Shown piece after piece: positions 1 to 8,371 of a stretch of DNA of 64,000 bases. Made by a program: the position numbers and the translations under genes. The first letter of the stretch is position 1. Every line of letters starts with the position of its first letter. The stretch is from a virus (taxonomy: Duplodnaviria; Caudoviricetes), in IMG/VR virus record IMGVR_UViG_3300037634_005573, positions 9,906-73,905 of that record, one strand, 5' to 3'. Below the pieces are notes generated by a model, which ran no database searches, was not told the DNA's origin, and worked only from the letters and a program-made list of their open reading frames with translations.

Positions 1-7
1 TTTTCAT
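1..7 (-). CDS. 5' end of a gene running off the window edge (ATG AAA A...)
   Basis: ATG at 7-5 preceded by GAGGG SD and an ACTATTTA octamer at 57-64. Confidence 0.4.
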
Positions 8-56
8 TTTTTAGTTCCCTCTATCGTGACGGGGGTGAAAATCCCACCGGACACAA

Positions 57-64
57 TAAATAGT
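57..64 (-). promoter_or_regulatory. Putative late-promoter octamer ACTATTTA
   Basis: Exact match to the octamer recurring upstream of virion genes. Confidence 0.45.
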
Positions 65-3000
65 TATTGATTAACGAAAGCGAACCCATCCTTCTTAGAA
101 ATATCGATAGTCATATCGGAAACATCCTTCAAGGAATCCAAGTGAGAGATAAGAAAAACCGTTCTGAACTTGGACTTGATGATCTCCAACATCTGCGTGA
201 ATGCTTGGAGATGCGTTTCGTCCAGCGCAGTTCCGGGCTCATCCAATATCATAATATCGCTTTTCGGCAAGTTGGAGACAGAAAGCAGGGCAAGGCGAAT
301 AGCCATCGCCGCCATCGTCTTCTCGGCACCGGAGGCCATAGAGAGAGGCCGAGGATCGTGCCTGGGATGCTTGATGAATATCTCCAACTTGTTGCCGACT
401 TCCTCAAAGAAGGCCTCAAAGTCGGTGAGGTTCGCAAGTATCTTTGCGATCTCCTCATTTACGACGGGCAACCGCTTTTTGATAATGTCGTAGGCAATAC
501 CGTTAGAATGCATACATCTCATAAACAAGTCATAAGCGGTATATTCTTGCCGTAGGTTGTTGGCGTCGGTGCGCTGTTCTTCAAGGTGGGCCACCTTTTG
601 TTCGTTGGAACCTACACTTCGGTGCAGGAGAGATATTTTCTCATTGCACTTTTCATATCTTTTGTTAGTCTTTATGGCCTGGGCTTCCATTTCCTTCTGG
701 GATGAAATAAGATTTTCTAGGTTTTCAATCGCTTCTTTGTTCTCTTCATAAACTCCCTTCTTGGATAAAAGTTGTTCTATCTCGATCTCGATCTTGGAAA
801 TAGACGCTTCGTTAGATTCAATTTGGAGTTCCAGTTCTCTTATTTTGGTCTCGGCCAAACGCTTCTTGAAAGAAATATCGTTGTATTGCTGGATCTGGGA
901 GGTTATTGCTTCCTCGTCCAGGGTTTCGTATATCTCTTCAAGATCGGTGAGATCTGTTTCCAGGGATGGTTTTGTTTTGGCGGCTGCGACAGCATCTTTG
1001 ATGAACTTACAACTAGGATAAGAATCCCCACAGGGGACTTCCGCAAGCAGTTCTTCGCGGCGATCAACATCTTCAAGTCTTGATTTGAGAATATCTATCT
1101 GTTTTACCAGTATTATAATCTGTTTCTCTTTCTTGGTTAGATTATCAATATCAAAGTTCTCCAAAAAGCCGGACATCTTATCCAGGGTTTCTTTTTTCTC
1201 TTCGATCTCGTTTCGCTGGTTGAATAGGGCTTCTTGGGTTTTGGACAGTATTTTCTGGCCCTTCTCCAAGAAGGCATTGACCCTGTGGATATAAATGGGC
1301 TCTGCCGGGACGGCTGCGATCTTATTGGCTATTTCAGCAATATCAAGCGATAAGGTGGTTGATTTCTCCAAGAGGCCGCGGCAGGCTGCCTGTTGTATAA
1401 TCAGGCTTTTCTCGGCTTGATAGAGTTCCTTCTTGGCCTCTTTGATTTCTTCGTCGAAGTTGCGCTCGCCAAGGCGGCGAAGGGCGCCTTTGATTTCGGC
1501 CGAGTCTTCTTTTGATAATCTGAACTTCTTCTCAAAAACCATCAAGTCCAAAAAGTTCGCCAGGATCTCTTTTCGTTTTGTGCTTCCTTCTCTGATAAAC
1601 GAGAGGCTATCAAGTTGGCTAGCCATACTGGTATTCAGGAAGTCGTCTATCGTGCCGAAAATACGGCGAATGTTTTTATCGGTTTCGTTCCTTGTTAGGC
1701 CATTCAGGCTTTCAAGTTCGCCGGTGTCTAAATCTACACTGTAAAAATCCAAATCTACTTTGGCTTCAAGGGTTTCTTCGCCTTTCAACTTCTTTGTATA
1801 TTTTTCAGATCTCCGATTGATAGTGTAGAGTTTGCTTCCAATAACTATTTCAGCGATGCCTTCGGCGTGATCTTTCTGCTGGTTTATTACATTCAGATTC
1901 TTGCGTTCGTTCTTTGAGGTTGTATTGAAGATCGTGTAGAGCAAACTATCAACAACGCTAGACTTACCCGAGAAGTTCTTTCCGAATATGCCGACAACTC
2001 CGTTTAGTTTCTCAAACCTAATCTTATTGGCCGGTCCATAGTTGAATAGGTTGTCCCAGGTGAGTGTCTTAACATGCCAGTTTACATTTCTTGATATTTC
2101 CTCACTTTCCTCAACGATGCTCGTATATTTGCGATTGAGGTCCAAGACGCGTTGGAGAAGGTCTTCGCTAATCTCGTAGTCTTTGAGATATTCTCGAATG
2201 AACTTCTCTAAAACCGCGGTGTCTCGCAGGTTCTCTTGTTCGATATTGCCGGCATATTTCTCGATGTTGCCGCGTTGGCCGGCAGAGCGGTTAAGAAAGG
2301 TTACGCTTTCAGGCTTGAATCGGTGCTTGGCGACTTCGACGGCGCGATGCATCTGCTGGACTGATAGGTTGTTTTCGCTGATTAGTCTTACGCGGGAACC
2401 TCGGGGGATGCGCTGGTTTCGGGGCATCCGGCCGGTGGGAGTGAGGCGAACCGTGACGAAGGGCTTGGGATTATCCAAGACAAAATGTTCGCAAGTAAAG
2501 GTCTCTTTATCTTGTATATCCCACAGTAAGTAGCCTTTGTCATTTGTCTCGCCAAAGTTCTGTTGAACGGTTGAGCCAGGATATCTGACCTTTCCGTCGC
2601 GGTCTAGGATCTGGTTTGTCTTGTGAATATCGCCCAGAAGAGCATAATCAAAATCCTCGAAGATGTTTATGCTGTGATCGCCCTCTTGCATCGTCCAGCC
2701 AATATCAGTTTTGACGCCGGCAATGGCACCGTGATAGAGAGCAATATTAATATTCTCTTCGCTCGTTGGCGTGATCCAGTTCTCTTCGTCGAAAACGGAC
2801 AAGACATTGAGCACAACGTTGTGGCCGACGGAGACTTCCTGTGCGTCTTTCAATAGATGCAGGTTGGGATGCCCCAGCGCATTTACTATCGGCGTGATCG
2901 CGTCTTGGCGATTAGAGTTTTTGAGGTTGCCGTCGTGGTTGCCGAGGACAATATAGGTTGGTGCGACGTCGGCAAGGCCGGACAAAAACTCTGTTGCTAG

Positions 3001-3174
3001 TTGGAAGTATTCCGGCGAGAGTTGCGTTTTTGTATGAGCGATGTCGCCACAATGAACAATACAATCAATTTCCTGTTCCTTAAGGTTTGTGAATAGTTGC
3101 TCAAATACAGAGCGGTATTCTTTATGATACCTGTAGTTTCTGATGTGTGTGTCAGCCAGATGGCAGATCCGCAT
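64..3174 (-). CDS. Fused SbcD-SbcC (Mre11-Rad50-like) nuclease-ATPase, 1036 aa
   Basis: N-terminal metallophosphoesterase motifs (DTH, CGD, GNHD, LGDIH), Walker A GKNFSGKSS, long coiled coil, signature-like ASGAE, Walker B/D-loop ILDEP, H-loop ISH; SD AGGAG. Confidence 0.92.
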   Translation of the reverse strand: MRICHLADTHIRNYRYHKEYRSVFEQLFTNLKEQEIDCIVHCGDIAHTKTQLSPEYFQLATEFLSGLADVAPTYIVLGNHDGNLKNSNRQDAITPIVNALGHPNLHLLKDAQEVSVGHNVVLNVLSVFDEENWITPTSEENINIALYHGAIAGVKTDIGWTMQEGDHSINIFEDFDYALLGDIHKTNQILDRDGKVRYPGSTVQQNFGETNDKGYLLWDIQDKETFTCEHFVLDNPKPFVTVRLTPTGRMPRNQRIPRGSRVRLISENNLSVQQMHRAVEVAKHRFKPESVTFLNRSAGQRGNIEKYAGNIEQENLRDTAVLEKFIREYLKDYEISEDLLQRVLDLNRKYTSIVEESEEISRNVNWHVKTLTWDNLFNYGPANKIRFEKLNGVVGIFGKNFSGKSSVVDSLLYTIFNTTSKNERKNLNVINQQKDHAEGIAEIVIGSKLYTINRRSEKYTKKLKGEETLEAKVDLDFYSVDLDTGELESLNGLTRNETDKNIRRIFGTIDDFLNTSMASQLDSLSFIREGSTKRKEILANFLDLMVFEKKFRLSKEDSAEIKGALRRLGERNFDEEIKEAKKELYQAEKSLIIQQAACRGLLEKSTTLSLDIAEIANKIAAVPAEPIYIHRVNAFLEKGQKILSKTQEALFNQRNEIEEKKETLDKMSGFLENFDIDNLTKKEKQIIILVKQIDILKSRLEDVDRREELLAEVPCGDSYPSCKFIKDAVAAAKTKPSLETDLTDLEEIYETLDEEAITSQIQQYNDISFKKRLAETKIRELELQIESNEASISKIEIEIEQLLSKKGVYEENKEAIENLENLISSQKEMEAQAIKTNKRYEKCNEKISLLHRSVGSNEQKVAHLEEQRTDANNLRQEYTAYDLFMRCMHSNGIAYDIIKKRLPVVNEEIAKILANLTDFEAFFEEVGNKLEIFIKHPRHDPRPLSMASGAEKTMAAMAIRLALLSVSNLPKSDIMILDEPGTALDETHLQAFTQMLEIIKSKFRTVFLISHLDSLKDVSDMTIDISKKDGFAFVNQ

Positions 3175-3194
3175 TTATTCTCCTGATAGACAAA

Positions 3195-3230
3195 TGCCTT
3201 GCATCTAATATAACACATAAACGCAAGGCA
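3195..3230. repeat. 8-bp inverted repeat TGCCTTGC-N20-GCAAGGCA overlapping the promoter
   Basis: tgccttgc 3195-3202 and gcaaggca 3223-3230. Confidence 0.7.
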
Positions 3231-3235
3231 GTCAA
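3207..3235 (-). promoter_or_regulatory. Sigma70-type promoter TTGACT-17-TATATT (extended -10, AT-rich upstream tract) for sbcDC
   Basis: -35 at 3235-3230, -10 at 3212-3207, 17-nt spacer, TG one base before the -10. Confidence 0.75.
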
Positions 3236-3273
3236 GGATTATTATTTTATTATCTCTATTCTTCGAGATTAGG

Positions 3274-3516
3274 TTATTCGTCTTTTTCGGGAGCGGTGGG
3301 GTCTTTTTGCATTATCCGCTGGCCGGCAGCAACCATCAGAGCGCCGATTGCGACGGGCGAGAAGTTGTAGCCAACTTGCATTATAGCATCAACGATCACT
3401 TGAATCTTTTGGGGATCAGTCATTAGTTCGACCGGATCCTCGTTCAGTTGTGTGGTAGTTTGCTCTTTAAGCTCTTCTTTGATAAACTGTTTGAGTTGTT
3501 TCTTTGTTAGTTTCAT
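3274..3516 (-). CDS. Small acidic protein with MKLTKKQLKQFIKEEL leader (putative internal virion protein)
   Basis: ATG at 3516 forms an ATGA overlap with the upstream stop, preferred over 3537; amphipathic leader and a short hydrophobic segment. Confidence 0.7.
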   Translation of the reverse strand: MKLTKKQLKQFIKEELKEQTTTQLNEDPVELMTDPQKIQVIVDAIMQVGYNFSPVAIGALMVAAGQRIMQKDPTAPEKDE

Positions 3517-3782
3517 TGTGATGGTCCCCAAACCCATTCAGGTTCGCCTTCTTCGACGTTGCCGGGTTGAAAAATAAAATCACCGGGGAGGGGAGTTCCG
3601 TCAGGTCCGGTGGGCCACATCGGGTGAGTATTGTCTACGGGCTCGGGTGAAAGAGCAGCATACTCGTCCAGGGAGATGCCCGGTGTCGGTTGGGGCAATT
3701 CGTTGTTTTCTTCGGCAGGGGCGCCGGCAACCTCGATAATAAGGCGTTGGCCTGGATCGAGAGTGATGTGAATGTCTTCCAT
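3513..3782 (-). CDS. Hypothetical Pro/Glu-rich protein, 89 aa
   Basis: SD AAGGA, octamer upstream, coupled to the next gene. Confidence 0.7.
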   Translation of the reverse strand: MEDIHITLDPGQRLIIEVAGAPAEENNELPQPTPGISLDEYAALSPEPVDNTHPMWPTGPDGTPLPGDFIFQPGNVEEGEPEWVWGPSQ

Positions 3783-3811
3783 TGTTGTTTCCTTTTAAAA
3801 AGAAGTTATCT

Positions 3812-4738
3812 CTAAACAGTAAATAACTTTTGTAGTAAATAGTCATCCTGGGAAACAAAAGATGCTTCTTGCCTCCTTTTTTCGAATATGTCTTTCGTCA
3901 TTTCGCCGACATCTTCATAGCCATCAACATCGATCATATAAACTTCGACGTCATAAGACAAAAGCAGTTTCAGGATTTCAACCGTCTTTTTGGACGCGTC
4001 GGAATCCAGAGCGAGATACACCACAGCATTTCTTTTTACGATCTCTTGAAACAACTTCGAATTTTCGCGAATGGTCGAACCTAATAAAGGGATGGCATTT
4101 CCAGCTTTGATAGCGTCAAAAATGCCCTCAACAATAATAATAGGGTTATCCCAATCCACGTATAGTTCATTAAAGACGATATTCTTTGCTGCGGAGGGGT
4201 TCTTATAGCGTGGCCACGCATTTGTATAACTCCTGGCGATAAAATAGTTCACATTCCCATCGCCATTGAAAGAGGGAATGATGATCCGGCCGTGATATGG
4301 GCCGGCCTCACAAAATCCGATCTTCCACCGCAGGATGTCTTGGGGACCAAGACCGCGGTCATTTAAATAGTTTAAGGCCCTTCTCGCTCCCGTAGGAGGA
4401 TTTTTAGAGGAAAGAGGTATGAACTCCCCCGGAAGGTTTAAAAGGGTCTCAAGGTGGGGCTTTCGCTCCGCAAACAGATCCTCAAAAGCGCCGAGGTCGA
4501 CGACACCTGAGAGGTCGTTCCACTCTTGGCGTTCCTCAAAGGAGCCGAAGCGGCGAACAAGGCGGCCAAGGTTCTTGCCGCGGGCGTCACAGACCCAGCA
4601 TTTGTAATAGCCTTTTTCAACATTGACGGAAAACTTTCTCTTGTGGTGCTCGCAATACGGGCAATGAAACAAGTGTTCGTCGTTTGTTTTATATGAGTAT
4701 CCAAGAACATCTGTTAGGATTTGGAGTTTTGTTCGCAT
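3812..4738 (-). CDS. DNA primase (Zn-finger + Toprim)
   Basis: CPYC...CWVC zinc-binding domain, Toprim IVEGIFD and LDSD. Confidence 0.9.
   Translation of the reverse strand: MRTKLQILTDVLGYSYKTNDEHLFHCPYCEHHKRKFSVNVEKGYYKCWVCDARGKNLGRLVRRFGSFEERQEWNDLSGVVDLGAFEDLFAERKPHLETLLNLPGEFIPLSSKNPPTGARRALNYLNDRGLGPQDILRWKIGFCEAGPYHGRIIIPSFNGDGNVNYFIARSYTNAWPRYKNPSAAKNIVFNELYVDWDNPIIIVEGIFDAIKAGNAIPLLGSTIRENSKLFQEIVKRNAVVYLALDSDASKKTVEILKLLLSYDVEVYMIDVDGYEDVGEMTKDIFEKRRQEASFVSQDDYLLQKLFTV
3836..3843 (-). promoter_or_regulatory. Putative late-promoter octamer ACTATTTA
   Basis: Exact octamer ~54 nt upstream of ATG 3782. Confidence 0.45.
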
Positions 4739-5247
4739 ATGTATCCTGCTTTCGCGATGATAATGGAATCCGCCATATCATAACAATGTGGTTTTGGGTT
4801 TCCGTTTCTGGTGTATTCTATTTCAAAGGCCGGCTCGGTGGCGATCAGGTGCTGTATAACGACCTCTTTGGCCTTTTGCCCTTTGGGAATCTTCAAGCCG
4901 CATATGCGCCGAGCACTTGGGGCTGCGACATAGAGCGGTTCTGTTCCATATATATCATAACACAGCCAGGAGACAATGCCATTAAAAGATGACAATATTG
5001 ACAAAGTTTTTGCAGAAGAAAAACCAGAGCGAAATGACTGCAAAGATTTCTCTATATACACTTGTTCGATCTGGTATTCGGATTTTATAGTTAAAAGAGC
5101 ATCGCGCATTTTCTGCGCTTTGGTCATAAGGGTAGGAAAATAGCGCTTGTTACGAAAGTCCCAAGCGCCATTTGAAATAATGTTGTCGTTTTTGTCGATG
5201 ATTGCAAAACCAGTAATGCTGGTTGAGATGTCTAGGCCGAGAATCAT
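4714..5247 (-). CDS. RuvC-like Holliday junction resolvase
   Basis: ILGLDISTSITG start, internal IEK, C-terminal DMADS: RNase H-fold acidic residues. Confidence 0.8.
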   Translation of the reverse strand: MILGLDISTSITGFAIIDKNDNIISNGAWDFRNKRYFPTLMTKAQKMRDALLTIKSEYQIEQVYIEKSLQSFRSGFSSAKTLSILSSFNGIVSWLCYDIYGTEPLYVAAPSARRICGLKIPKGQKAKEVVIQHLIATEPAFEIEYTRNGNPKPHCYDMADSIIIAKAGYICEQNSKS

Positions 5248-5254
5248 TGATTAT

Positions 5255-6160
5255 TTATCGAGTAGCGATGTCTCGGGGTATTGCACTACCAAAATTTCGC
5301 ATTAAATCTTGGAAAACCCCTTCGCCACTCGCCATGAGTTTTTCGATCACACCCATGGTGGCTTCGGTGACGGCCGGATCGTCGCCTTGTACTAATTCCG
5401 TCGCCTGCTTCATGACTACCAAACCATCATTGATTGCTTGTTGTAGTTCCGGCTTTAGTGAAAGATAGTCAACATCCATTGGGCTGTGAACGTGTCTTGC
5501 AAGTTCTTGTGCCAAACCCGGGTGGCCGGACTCATTCGTAAAGCCGATAATAAGTTTGGTTGCTTCGAGATGTTCGCCAGTCACAGAAAGCTCCCCACCG
5601 GTGGATCCGGGCAAGCCAACAACCTTGGCCATGGCGACTCCTCCCCCAGACAATTGTTGTATTGCGTAAGTAACTGCTGTTATAACAGCAATTTGGACAG
5701 CAATCGTAGCTACAGCATAAACAGTTGGCTGACTTTCTTTAAATTTGAGCCTCGCCTTATTTATACGACTACCGACTTTGGCTATCTTTGCGAGCGCGGC
5801 AAAACTATAATTTTTCACCTTCAGCATGAAAGCCACAAGTTGAAGAGACATTTCCATGTAGGGATTTTTTAGAAAACGTATAGCCGCCTCTTTAGCTCGG
5901 GCTGGTAGGTCACCAACTTTATCTTTGAGTTGTCCAAAGAATTTCCCAACCATATTTTCTTGAAGAAGCTTATCTGTTTGCCGTAACCACTTTTCAAAAA
6001 TAACATTTAGCCTATCGTTATTTTGTCCTTCTTGTATCAAGCGAAATTCATGCGCTAAATCATATACAACCAGATCTTTACCTTCTAGAATAAAAACGAG
6101 GTCGTCAGGTTGATTACTATATCTCCGCCAGCCTTCCATTATCAGTTTCATGTTGTTCAT
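5255..6160 (-). CDS. Hypothetical protein with MKLIMEGWR leader and internal hydrophobic segment
   Basis: 301-aa ORF, SD GAGGAG, TM-like VYAVATIAVQIAVITAVTYAI. Confidence 0.75.
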   Translation of the reverse strand: MNNMKLIMEGWRRYSNQPDDLVFILEGKDLVVYDLAHEFRLIQEGQNNDRLNVIFEKWLRQTDKLLQENMVGKFFGQLKDKVGDLPARAKEAAIRFLKNPYMEMSLQLVAFMLKVKNYSFAALAKIAKVGSRINKARLKFKESQPTVYAVATIAVQIAVITAVTYAIQQLSGGGVAMAKVVGLPGSTGGELSVTGEHLEATKLIIGFTNESGHPGLAQELARHVHSPMDVDYLSLKPELQQAINDGLVVMKQATELVQGDDPAVTEATMGVIEKLMASGEGVFQDLMRNFGSAIPRDIATR

Positions 6161-6178
6161 TATTCAGTTCTCCTCTCA

Positions 6179-6186
6179 TAAGTAGT
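6179..6186 (-). promoter_or_regulatory. Putative late-promoter octamer ACTACTTA
   Basis: 19 nt upstream of ATG 6160. Confidence 0.5.
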
Positions 6187-6210
6187 TTTGACCTTCACAT
6201 AAGCCACAAC

Positions 6211-6378
6211 TTATTGATTATTAATATTGTATTCTATAATACTAAAAAGGAATTCTCGTTGTTCTGGGGTCAGAGGGTGATTGATTTCCGTGACCTGGAC
6301 CTCCGGCGAAAGAGTGGCGGGAAAGACGAGGTAGCCAAGAAGAACAAGGGCGACGATGTAAGTGCTATTTTTTATCAT
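6211..6378 (-). CDS. Small single-TM protein (MIKNSTYIVALVLLGYLVF...), probably leaderless
   Basis: N-terminal hydrophobic helix; ATG 6378 coincides with the predicted +1 of the adjacent promoter. Confidence 0.6.
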   Translation of the reverse strand: MIKNSTYIVALVLLGYLVFPATLSPEVQVTEINHPLTPEQREFLFSIIEYNINNQ

Positions 6379-6384
6379 AGTATA

Positions 6385-6413
6385 AGTATAGCCCATTACG
6401 AACCAAAAGTCAA
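6385..6413 (-). promoter_or_regulatory. Sigma70-type promoter TTGACT-17-TATACT
   Basis: -35 at 6413-6408, -10 at 6390-6385, 17-nt spacer. Confidence 0.7.
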
Positions 6414-6414
6414 G

Positions 6415-7164
6415 CTAAGTTTCCAATCTTTTTATTGTTTCTTTCTCTATCTCGTCGACGTGAGTCAAAATATCTTCGACGCCGACGCCGGTTGAGTCGG
6501 CAAGTCCTTGTAGTTCGGCTGGGCTTAGGGAGCGGACTTGTTTAATCTGATCTCCCACCTTTTCAGCATAAACCTCAAACGCCACAGACCAGGCGGGTGG
6601 AAGCATATCGGCGCCGATGTCGGGGTGTGAATCAAAGGCGCGGATTCCCTTTTGCTGGGTATATGCCCAGGTACCAGAGTTCCCGAAGAGCATCTTATCT
6701 AGGGATTCTATATCGTAAAAATCGTTGGTGGATCCACGAACCTTCCTAGATTCTAGGTTTTCTTTATAATCTTTCGCGGTGATTCCAAGAGAGGGCAGAA
6801 TATAGTCATCTGCTATTTGGCCCGGCGTGACCCAGATTAGGCCTCCACTTGTCGGGGCTTTGGACCAACTCATTTCTTCCACCGGCATTTCGGGGGCAAC
6901 GTGGGCGGCTATTGGCTCTTCCGTCTGCTCTATCCCCACATCGGGCATACTTGGGGTTTGAGAAGCCATCGTGCCGGCTGCGACGGCAGCGGCAAGGCCG
7001 GTGCCGGCAATTGCTGATTTCACGCCTTCTTCAAGATCTTCTTCTGGGGCGGGGAGGCCGAAGAGGATTTCCTTGGTTTGTGGGGACAAGAGGGAGCCGA
7101 TATTGCTCTGCTCCTCTTTCACGTAGTGGCGCCAGCCTTCCATTATCAGCTTCATGCCAGACAT
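6415..7164 (-). CDS. Hypothetical acidic protein with MKLIMEGWR leader and Ala/Gly-rich hydrophobic segment
   Basis: 249-aa ORF, SD AGGAG, DLEE followed by GVKSAIAGTGLAAAVAAG. Confidence 0.75.
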   Translation of the reverse strand: MSGMKLIMEGWRHYVKEEQSNIGSLLSPQTKEILFGLPAPEEDLEEGVKSAIAGTGLAAAVAAGTMASQTPSMPDVGIEQTEEPIAAHVAPEMPVEEMSWSKAPTSGGLIWVTPGQIADDYILPSLGITAKDYKENLESRKVRGSTNDFYDIESLDKMLFGNSGTWAYTQQKGIRAFDSHPDIGADMLPPAWSVAFEVYAEKVGDQIKQVRSLSPAELQGLADSTGVGVEDILTHVDEIEKETIKRLET

Positions 7165-7182
7165 GAACTATCTCCTATTTCA

Positions 7183-7190
7183 TAAATAGC
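7183..7190 (-). promoter_or_regulatory. Putative late-promoter octamer variant GCTATTTA
   Basis: 19 nt upstream of ATG 7164; one mismatch. Confidence 0.4.
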
Positions 7191-7193
7191 CAC

Positions 7194-8357
7194 TTACATA
7201 TCCAACTTTATCTTGAATGTGAAATCCCTGTTCAAAGTTTTTCGAATTGGTTTAGACAAAGTAGCAATGCCTATCAGGTTGTTGTCGTCATCATACACGC
7301 CTATCTTGCTAATAAATGTTTGCTTCTCGAAGCTAGCAGTAGGAGTTAAATAAGAGGCAGAAATAGCATTTTTGATCTTTAACTGTGGCTCGATATATTG
7401 ATAAGTTCCGGAGTTTGCCACTTTTGATACAGACTGGCTATATTGAATATATGTAGGGTTTGTTGAGAAGTCTAGCTCGCCTTTTGGAGCATGACAAAAC
7501 ATCGTTATGTTTGGGACAAGATTGGTTGCCTCAAAGGCCATATTGTAACTAGATGAGGTCTCAGAGCCGCCGGCGTTTCCATCATTCATTCCTGTTGCAA
7601 AATAGACCCACTTGGCTTGATCCGGATTATTATCCGGATAGGTATAGGTCGTTATTGTCAAATCCCAAGAGCCGGTTATCAAAACTATGCCTTCATCATA
7701 AAGAATGACGCCGGCGACGGATCCGGAGCCAGTAGAGCCTTCCGGGCCTATCTGAATTAACTCCCCATTAGAATTGGAATCTTTTAGCTCACCGACAAGG
7801 GTGCCGGTTATATAATATTTTAGATTAACAGTGCCCTTGCGAAGGCGGCCCCCATAAAAGATGTTAGGAACAGAAATCAAATTAATCTGTTGTGTGGCCT
7901 TGTTGCCTAAACTGGAATCATATGCATAGTGGGCAGATTTTGGAGAATAATAGTTAAGTGTGTTTTTGAGTGCGGTGATTCTATTTCTGCTTGAATTTGT
8001 TGCGAAAAACTCCCTAGTTACAGAGGAAGTAACGGGGTACGCCCCGGTGATTTGTTGCGAAGGGCCATATTGTGTGTGATAGTCCGCATCAGTAATATCC
8101 CGGAAAGCCAACAGATCGTCCGTTTTATAGACAAAGGGATAAACAAGCCCGGTAGTGGCTGTATTTCTATCAACATTCAACTCGAACAAAGAAAGATTAC
8201 CGATGGCAGACACCACGCTAGCGTCAAAGGCGCCGGATTGCAAACTCTTCTTGTTGTAATAGACCGAAGAATCAAAAACAAAGAATTCTTGCTTTGGGGT
8301 AGCTTCAATCTGATTGTAGAATATGTCTAATTCTTTGAATTTGTATAAGCTAGACAC
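7194..8357 (-). CDS. Putative virion structural (baseplate/tail) protein
   Basis: GTG start with GGAGG; C-terminal ISKIGVYDDDNNLIGIATLSKPIRK motif shared with 8372..9481. Confidence 0.6.
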   Translation of the reverse strand: MSSLYKFKELDIFYNQIEATPKQEFFVFDSSVYYNKKSLQSGAFDASVVSAIGNLSLFELNVDRNTATTGLVYPFVYKTDDLLAFRDITDADYHTQYGPSQQITGAYPVTSSVTREFFATNSSRNRITALKNTLNYYSPKSAHYAYDSSLGNKATQQINLISVPNIFYGGRLRKGTVNLKYYITGTLVGELKDSNSNGELIQIGPEGSTGSGSVAGVILYDEGIVLITGSWDLTITTYTYPDNNPDQAKWVYFATGMNDGNAGGSETSSSYNMAFEATNLVPNITMFCHAPKGELDFSTNPTYIQYSQSVSKVANSGTYQYIEPQLKIKNAISASYLTPTASFEKQTFISKIGVYDDDNNLIGIATLSKPIRKTLNRDFTFKIKLDM

Positions 8358-8371
8358 AGCTTACCTCCACA

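Larger units (their letters stand above)
6126..7156. repeat. Dispersed 27-nt repeat (26/27 identical) encoding MKLIMEGWR at 6126-6152 and 7130-7156
   Basis: cgccagccttccattatcag(t/c)ttcatg at both positions. Confidence 0.85.
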
